Source of the DNA: Candidatus Woesearchaeota archaeon
GTDB taxonomy: Archaea > Nanobdellota > Nanobdellia > Woesearchaeales > JAZDKJ01
Direction: 5' to 3'
DNA: 64,000 bases
Assembly: GCA_043803105.1 (NCBI GenBank)
Contig: JAZDKJ010000002.1
Location: 64,001 to 128,000 of the forward strand
Each line of letters opens with the position of its first letter. The first letter of the stretch is position 1. Positions 58,684 to 64,000 of this stretch are shown in pieces. The translations under genes were made by a program, and so were the position numbers. The notes under the pieces are model-generated. The model worked only from the letters and a program-made list of their open reading frames with translations, searched no databases and was not told the origin of the DNA.

Positions 58684-59948
58684 ATTCTATTGAGATTGAT
58701 AATATTACCAAGATTGAAGGACATGCAAAGCTATCAGTGAAGCTCGAGTCAGGACAGGTCAAGGTTGTGCATCTTGATGTTGTCGAAGGTGCCCGTTATT
58801 TTGAGGCTATGGTCAAGGGCAGGAATTTCAATGAGGTGCCGATGATAACTTCAAGGATCTGCGGCATCTGCAGCCAGGCGCATTCACTGGCTTCTCTTCA
58901 GGCGATTGAGAAAGCTTTAGGAGTAAAGGTCTCAAATCAGACTATGCAGCTGCGTAACCTGCTTCATCTCGGTTCACTTATACAGAGCCATGCCCTGCAT
59001 TTATATTTCCTTGCCTTGCCAGATTATCTGGGTTTTGACAATGCTGTTGCTATGGCACAGAAGCGCTTGCTTGACGTGAAGCGCGGCTTGCTCTTGAAAA
59101 GGCTTGGCAACAGGATATGCGAGGTTGTATCAGGTAGGCAGATTCACTCCATTACTTGTGTGGTTGGCGGTTTCTCCAACCTCCCCAGCTCTAAGCAACT
59201 TTTGTCCTTGAAAGAGGACTTGCAAAAAAACAGGCAAGAGGCTTTAATGACCGTTTCATTGTTCAGCAAGCTAAAGATGCCAAAGTTGGAAAGAAAGACT
59301 GTCTATCTCTCTTTGAAGGTTCCAAAGCAATTCTCTCTATTGCAAGGGAATGTAGTCTCGTCGCAAAAGACCGACTTCAAGCAGGAAAAATATCGCCAGT
59401 TTTTAACTGAGCTTGTCTTGCCTGACTCCACTGCAAAGAATGTTCTCTTCAAGCAGTCTTCCTGCATGGTTGGCAGCCTTGCCAGGCTGAATAATGGCCG
59501 GGATTCCCTGTCCTTTAATGCAAAGAGGGCAGCCAAGTGCATAAAGTTCCCATGCTATAATCCGTTCATGAACAATCTTTGCCAGGCTATAGAAATTGTA
59601 AGCTTCATTGACAAGAGCATCTCAATAATTGAGGGGCTTGAGTTAAAGGAAGAGCCTCTGCCAAAGATTAAGCCAAGGTCTGGCCACGGCATTAGCATTA
59701 TTGAGGCTCCACGAGGCCTTCTGATACATGAATGCAAGATAAATTCAAAAGGAGATATTTCTGACTACAACATTATTGCCCCAACAACTATTAACATCAA
59801 GAACATTGAGGAAGACATTTCAGCACTTCTCCCAAGCCTTATCAAAAAGCCCGAGAAAGAGGTTGTTCTTGAGCTTGAGAAGCTTATCCGTGCATATGAC
59901 CCCTGCATAAGCTGCAGTGCTCACTTTCTTGAGCTCAATTGGACGTAA
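58680..59948 (+). CDS. hydA: Group 3b [NiFe] hydrogenase alpha (large) subunit
   Basis: TKIEGH, L1 SRICGIC..AH, EAPRG.L.H and L2 YDPCISCSAH followed by a short cleavable tail. Confidence 0.93.
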   Translation: MNSIEIDNITKIEGHAKLSVKLESGQVKVVHLDVVEGARYFEAMVKGRNFNEVPMITSRICGICSQAHSLASLQAIEKALGVKVSNQTMQLRNLLHLGSLIQSHALHLYFLALPDYLGFDNAVAMAQKRLLDVKRGLLLKRLGNRICEVVSGRQIHSITCVVGGFSNLPSSKQLLSLKEDLQKNRQEALMTVSLFSKLKMPKLERKTVYLSLKVPKQFSLLQGNVVSSQKTDFKQEKYRQFLTELVLPDSTAKNVLFKQSSCMVGSLARLNNGRDSLSFNAKRAAKCIKFPCYNPFMNNLCQAIEIVSFIDKSISIIEGLELKEEPLPKIKPRSGHGISIIEAPRGLLIHECKINSKGDISDYNIIAPTTINIKNIEEDISALLPSLIKKPEKEVVLELEKLIRAYDPCISCSAHFLELNWT

Positions 59949-60318
59949 GCTTTTTCAGGATCTTCTCAACCTCAGCTTGCAGCTCTTCTTTTTTACCCTG
60001 CATCGGTATTCCGATTATTGTCACCTTGGGAAGCTCTTTTGCAGCCTCAAGAATTGACATGAATTTTGCTATGTCAAAGTCATGCATTGATATGGTTTGC
60101 CTTGTCTTTAGCATTTTTGTACCGTGCAATACAACCACTTTTTTTAAGTTCCTTACCACGTCCAGGATTATGACTTCGCTCTCTTTTGGATAGTCAAGTA
60201 TTTCATCTATCGATGTGCATTTCCTTATGGGAAACCCCTTGATGCCTTTGGCTATCTCTGCCGCAATGCTGTCTTCCTTCAAGAACTCGTTTCCATAGCA
60301 CAATATTGCTTTGTTCAC
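59935..60318 (-). CDS. Short hydrogenase maturation protease-like protein (HycI/HybD fold)
   Basis: CYGNEFLKEDS (GN...DD variant), IILDVV, SMHD and IIGIP. Confidence 0.7.
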   Translation of the reverse strand: MNKAILCYGNEFLKEDSIAAEIAKGIKGFPIRKCTSIDEILDYPKESEVIILDVVRNLKKVVVLHGTKMLKTRQTISMHDFDIAKFMSILEAAKELPKVTIIGIPMQGKKEELQAEVEKILKKLTSN

Positions 60319-60395
60319 TTCTGTCAGGCTGTTCTCGTCAGTAATAAAGCTTTCGCTAGAAAAATTTTTAAAGCACCTTGTTTTTTCACGAACTC

Positions 60396-61286
60396 ATGGA
60401 AAAAAGAGCTGTTGTTCTTGTCTTTCTCACAGCTATCGTAAGCGGAGTCTCGATTTTCGCGAACAAGTTCGCAGTCTCTGGGATAAATTCATCAGTCTTC
60501 ACATTCCTCAAGAATTCTATGGTAGCTTTGTTTTTGTTTTCATTGATATTGCTCTTGGGCGAGCTCCCTCGCTTGAGATCTCTTACCAAGAAGAATTGGT
60601 TGATGCTTGCACTTGTTGGCTTTGTTGGAGGCTCGCTTCCGTTTTTGCTTTACTTCAGGGGGCTTCAGCTTACCTCAAGCAGCAATGCCTCTTTCATCCA
60701 CAAGACCATGTTTGTTTATGTCATTGTGTTGGCTGCGCTTTTCCTCAAGGAGAAGATAAACAAGACTGTTGTGTTGTCTGCCCTTGCATTGCTTGTTGGC
60801 AATGCTTTAATAATTGGTTTTGATCACCTTGCCATCGGTGATCTGCTGATTGTTGCTGCTACCATGCTTTGGGCTATTGAGAATGTGCTTTCAAAGCATC
60901 TCTTGAAAGACATCCCGTGGAAGCTTGTTGCATTTTCAAGGATGTTTTTCGGTTCTTTGTTCATCCTTTGCTTCCTTGCCTTGACCGATCAACTGCATTT
61001 TGTTGGCACGCTTTCTTCTGCTCAGATAGGCTGGATTCTCCTCACTTCAGCCTTCCTTGTTTTATACACTCTCACTTGGTATGGAGGTCTTTCAGGTGTG
61101 AAGGTCAGCACAGCTGCTTCAATCCTTTGCCTTGGCTCTGTCATCACAACTCTGCTTGACCACTACTTCTTTATGGCCTCATTGGCTTGGACCCAACTTA
61201 TCGGAATGCTTCTCTTGGTTGTTGGTGTGTTTGGCACTTTGGGCATAACCAAGTTGATTTTTGCGCACAATGCCAGATGGTCTTAA
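60396..61286 (+). CDS. EamA/DMT family permease
   Basis: About 10 TM in two repeats, LYFRGL and LAALFLKEK. Confidence 0.88.
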   Translation: MEKRAVVLVFLTAIVSGVSIFANKFAVSGINSSVFTFLKNSMVALFLFSLILLLGELPRLRSLTKKNWLMLALVGFVGGSLPFLLYFRGLQLTSSSNASFIHKTMFVYVIVLAALFLKEKINKTVVLSALALLVGNALIIGFDHLAIGDLLIVAATMLWAIENVLSKHLLKDIPWKLVAFSRMFFGSLFILCFLALTDQLHFVGTLSSAQIGWILLTSAFLVLYTLTWYGGLSGVKVSTAASILCLGSVITTLLDHYFFMASLAWTQLIGMLLLVVGVFGTLGITKLIFAHNARWS

Positions 61287-61986
61287 ATTTGCTGCACGGT
61301 TCTCGTACATAACCAACTATTTGGATTTCTGCGGCCCTCGTAAGCCCAATATTCTATACGACTTTGTTACAGGCAAGCAACATGATAAGCCAAAGGTTGA
61401 AGACCACCTTTCTCGTTTTGAGGTGCTTCTTCCCTATCTCAAGTCCATTTCTGCGAAGCACTCTATGGATTGCTTTGATTACAAGGTTGTAGAAGCCTAT
61501 TGGCTCGGCAACAAGCTTCTTGACAAGTTCAACTCAGATGATATGTTCCATATTATCTCTGCCCTTGAAAAGAGGGGTCTTGTGCATTCCATGGCAGATC
61601 AGCTTAGGCATCATTTGCCAGCAGGCATGCTTCCCCACCACTCATTTAATGTCTTCTATGTTGGTGTTGGCTCTGTAACCCATTCTGTCAAGGCAACGCT
61701 GCAGAACATGGACAAGTGCAGGATTGCCTGCGCAATGGTAAGGGAGGTAAAATCCAAGAGTCTTATCGTGAAATATTGTCCGCTTCGCGCTGTCAACAAG
61801 AAAATCACTTTTGGCTCTCTCCTGAAAAAGAAAGTGATTTACGACCCTGCCTTCCTTCCTTCAGTGCAGCCAAACTCACTGGTTGCCCTGCACTGGGATT
61901 TTGCTGTAGAAATTCTCTCAGAAAAGCAAAAGGAGAATCTTGAGCACTACACCTCTGTTGTTCTTGACTCCCTTAACCAGAGATAG
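61270..61986 (+). CDS. DUF6390-like protein with HypC-like C-terminal segment
   Basis: N.L.FCGP, VVEAYWLGN, PHHSF.V, MDKCRI and C-terminal VALHWDFAVEIL. Confidence 0.7.
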   Translation: MPDGLKFAARFSYITNYLDFCGPRKPNILYDFVTGKQHDKPKVEDHLSRFEVLLPYLKSISAKHSMDCFDYKVVEAYWLGNKLLDKFNSDDMFHIISALEKRGLVHSMADQLRHHLPAGMLPHHSFNVFYVGVGSVTHSVKATLQNMDKCRIACAMVREVKSKSLIVKYCPLRAVNKKITFGSLLKKKVIYDPAFLPSVQPNSLVALHWDFAVEILSEKQKENLEHYTSVVLDSLNQR

Positions 61987-62185
61987 TTTTCTGATACGCC
62001 TTGAGGCTTTCTATTGCTTCTTTCCTTGGGATTTTTTGCACAACCATTCCGTGCTGTACTATTATGTATTCTCCGACTTTGTATTTTCCATCAATCAGTG
62101 CTGCCTGGCGTTTGTGCGTTCCATAATCCACTATAACTTCCTTGGAAGTCTTCTTCACTATCTTGCCTGGTATTGCTAAGCACAT
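61973..62185 (-). CDS. hypC: Hydrogenase maturation chaperone HypC
   Basis: MCLAIPGKIV N-terminus; KVGEYIIVQHG. Confidence 0.9.
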   Translation of the reverse strand: MCLAIPGKIVKKTSKEVIVDYGTHKRQAALIDGKYKVGEYIIVQHGMVVQKIPRKEAIESLKAYQKTISG

Positions 62186-62490
62186 TTTTTCAAAAGTATT
62201 TGGTCTCCTTCAATAATTTTGGGATTTCCTCCGCATTCAGGGCAGTTGAAGAGCACTATGTCATGCACCCTTTCCATGATTCTTGGCCTTCCAACATATC
62301 CGCACTTGCATTCCACGATGGCCTTCTTTGTGATAATCTCAACCTTCCAATCCACAAGGTTGGCTAGAGTCTCGGCTAATTCTCCTGGTGTGATCTTTGC
62401 CAGTTCTCCGACCTCTACCACAATGCTTTTTGCAGCCCCTCTCTTTTTTGCTTCCCGCACTATTTCGTCAGCTATAGCTAGTTCATGCAT
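62176..62490 (-). CDS. hypA: Hydrogenase nickel metallochaperone HypA
   Basis: MHE N-terminus, VEVGEL, C.CG...CPECG...I..G. Confidence 0.9.
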   Translation of the reverse strand: MHELAIADEIVREAKKRGAAKSIVVEVGELAKITPGELAETLANLVDWKVEIITKKAIVECKCGYVGRPRIMERVHDIVLFNCPECGGNPKIIEGDQILLKKCA

Positions 62491-63412
62491 TTTCCTTCCT
62501 AATCTTTGCCACGAAGAATCCTTCTGTGTTGTTGTCTTGCGGCCAAACCCTGAGTGTTTTTCCGACCTCTGGATTGTATTTCCTTCCGTCAAATTCTGTT
62601 ATTGGCTCGCTGCTCTTTGCAGGCAATTTTATTTGTTCCAATCTTGCCTCTGGGAACTCTTCCAGGATGAAATCTATTACCCCCTCGTTCTCTACAGGGT
62701 CTATGCTGCAGGTTGAATAGACTATAATGCCTCCTGGCTTCAGGTTCTGGTACGCTATCCTTGCCAGTTGCTTTTGCGTTCTTGCGAGCCTTTCTATCAT
62801 TAATGGGTTCCACATCTGTATCGTCTTTAACGATTTCCTTATAGTTCCTGTGCCTGAGCATGGTGCATCAAGCAGCACCTTGTCAAACTGCAGCCCTCTG
62901 AAGCTGAATCCTTGCATCAGCGTCACTATTGTATTCATCACTCCCATTCTTTGGAGGTTTATTCCTAAGGCAGCTAGCCTTATTCCCTTGTAATCATTCG
63001 CAACCAATATACCCTGGTTTTCCATCTTTGCAGCTATCTGTGTTGATTTTGATCCAGGTGCGGCGCACATGTCCAGCACCATCTCGTGTGCCTTTGGCTC
63101 AAGTACCTCTACAGGCATCATTGACGCTGCATCTTGCACGTAGAAATATCCAAGGCTGTGTCCTGGCAGGTTGCCGATGTCTCTTCGTTCATCATGCTCG
63201 ATCCAGAACCCTTCCCTGCACCATGGAACCTGCTCCAGTCTCCATTCAGCGTTGATTTCAGACTTTAGCTTTGCTACAGTAGTCTTTATCGTATTGACCC
63301 TTAGGCTTCTTCGTGCTCTTAATATGGAGTATTTCTTGAATTCCTCAAAGTCAGTTATCTTTGAATAACGCTCGATAAACCCTTTCTTGAATTCCAGTTT
63401 CTCAACGTCCAT
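62483..63412 (-). CDS. RsmB/NOP2 family RNA m5C methyltransferase
   Basis: YVQDAASM, LDMCAAPGSKS, LLDAPCSG and YSTCS...ENE. Confidence 0.95.
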   Translation of the reverse strand: MDVEKLEFKKGFIERYSKITDFEEFKKYSILRARRSLRVNTIKTTVAKLKSEINAEWRLEQVPWCREGFWIEHDERRDIGNLPGHSLGYFYVQDAASMMPVEVLEPKAHEMVLDMCAAPGSKSTQIAAKMENQGILVANDYKGIRLAALGINLQRMGVMNTIVTLMQGFSFRGLQFDKVLLDAPCSGTGTIRKSLKTIQMWNPLMIERLARTQKQLARIAYQNLKPGGIIVYSTCSIDPVENEGVIDFILEEFPEARLEQIKLPAKSSEPITEFDGRKYNPEVGKTLRVWPQDNNTEGFFVAKIRKENA

Positions 63413-63437
63413 AGAAGAACACAAAGTTGCTGCTTAT

Positions 63438-63827
63438 TTAAAGTTTCCCCAGGTAACACCAGTTTTCCACTTCTGGAATTCCTGGTTGTGCAAGGGTTAC
63501 TTCACAGAATTTTGTAAGCTTGCGGTCAGCAATTGTGATTCTCCCCCTGTTATTATAGATTAGGTTTACATATTCAAGTGCTTTGATTGCAGTCAATTGT
63601 TTCCTGTCGCCAAACCTTAGATGCGAGAGCTCTGCCATTATTTCTGGTATCTCCCAATACTTGTTATTTGAATCGATTACTCCTCTAAGCGGTATGTAAG
63701 GACCTCCTGCCTCAAAAGGTGCAGTCCTCCAGCCCTCCCAGGCATATTTTTCTGCCAGATCATCTAGTTCGTCAACATCATCAAAGTCTATCTCGTACAA
63801 CTCAATTACTGGATGTCTGCAATTCAT
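63438..63827 (-). CDS. Hypothetical protein
   Basis: 129-aa ORF filling the gap upstream of the methyltransferase. Confidence 0.6.
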   Translation of the reverse strand: MNCRHPVIELYEIDFDDVDELDDLAEKYAWEGWRTAPFEAGGPYIPLRGVIDSNNKYWEIPEIMAELSHLRFGDRKQLTAIKALEYVNLIYNNRGRITIADRKLTKFCEVTLAQPGIPEVENWCYLGKL

Positions 63828-63928
63828 GTGTTTGTAAGTTTCAAGCCGGGCTTAAAAATCTTGTTTTTATTTCAGAGTGGTAAGACACCGCAAAATTTAT
63901 AAGTCCAGGAGATTCAATCTCTTTTTTG

Positions 63929-64000
63929 ATGAAAGGTCTGATTGATGCTCTGATTGCTCGCGGTTATCAGCCGTTCCGTGTTTCTCAAGCACTAACTGAA
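63929..64000 (+). CDS. Start of a gene truncated by the window edge
   Basis: ATG downstream of AAAATTTATAAG; frame open to the end of the window. Confidence 0.4.
   Translation, partial: MKGLIDALIARGYQPFRVSQALTE

Noticed and set aside
58680-59948. Selenocysteine or degenerate hydrogenase active site
   Set aside because: All four Cys ligands are ordinary Cys codons and there is no in-frame TGA
62491-62592. N-terminal extension of HypA
   Set aside because: Overlaps the methyltransferase gene, and HypA needs MHE at its N-terminus

Overview
A gene-dense archaeal chromosomal segment. It carries aIF2-gamma, TFB, eS1/S3Ae, family-B DNA polymerase with a PIP box, Taw3, TATA-box promoters and GAGGTGA ribosome-binding sites. 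Bacterial-type GAPDH and TPI, PGK, DnaK/DnaJ/GrpE, class-III-signal pilin-like genes and many orphan genes point, by inference, to a DPANN archaeon, most likely Woesearchaeota. Main blocks are: a thiol-oxidoreductase pair (8.5-10.8 kb); a 3164-aa Cys-rich surface protein (13.7-23.2 kb); an uncharacterised three-gene operon ending in an endonuclease-IV-like TIM barrel with a ~300-aa insertion (26.9-31.0 kb); an hsp20-grpE-dnaK-dnaJ operon with four extra genes; and a group 3b [NiFe] hydrogenase whose adjacent maturation set has HypA, a His-less HypC, a short protease, an EamA permease and a DUF6390-like protein, but no HypB/D/E/F. Four small genes missing from the ORF track were found by hand: a SEC-C peptide, two Zn ribbons and an AbrB-like regulator. 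Intergenic DNA holds several sequence-unrelated 40-50 bp palindromes, often in tandem. No tRNA, rRNA, CRISPR array or transposase was recognised. All family assignments come from motif recognition only; no database search was run.
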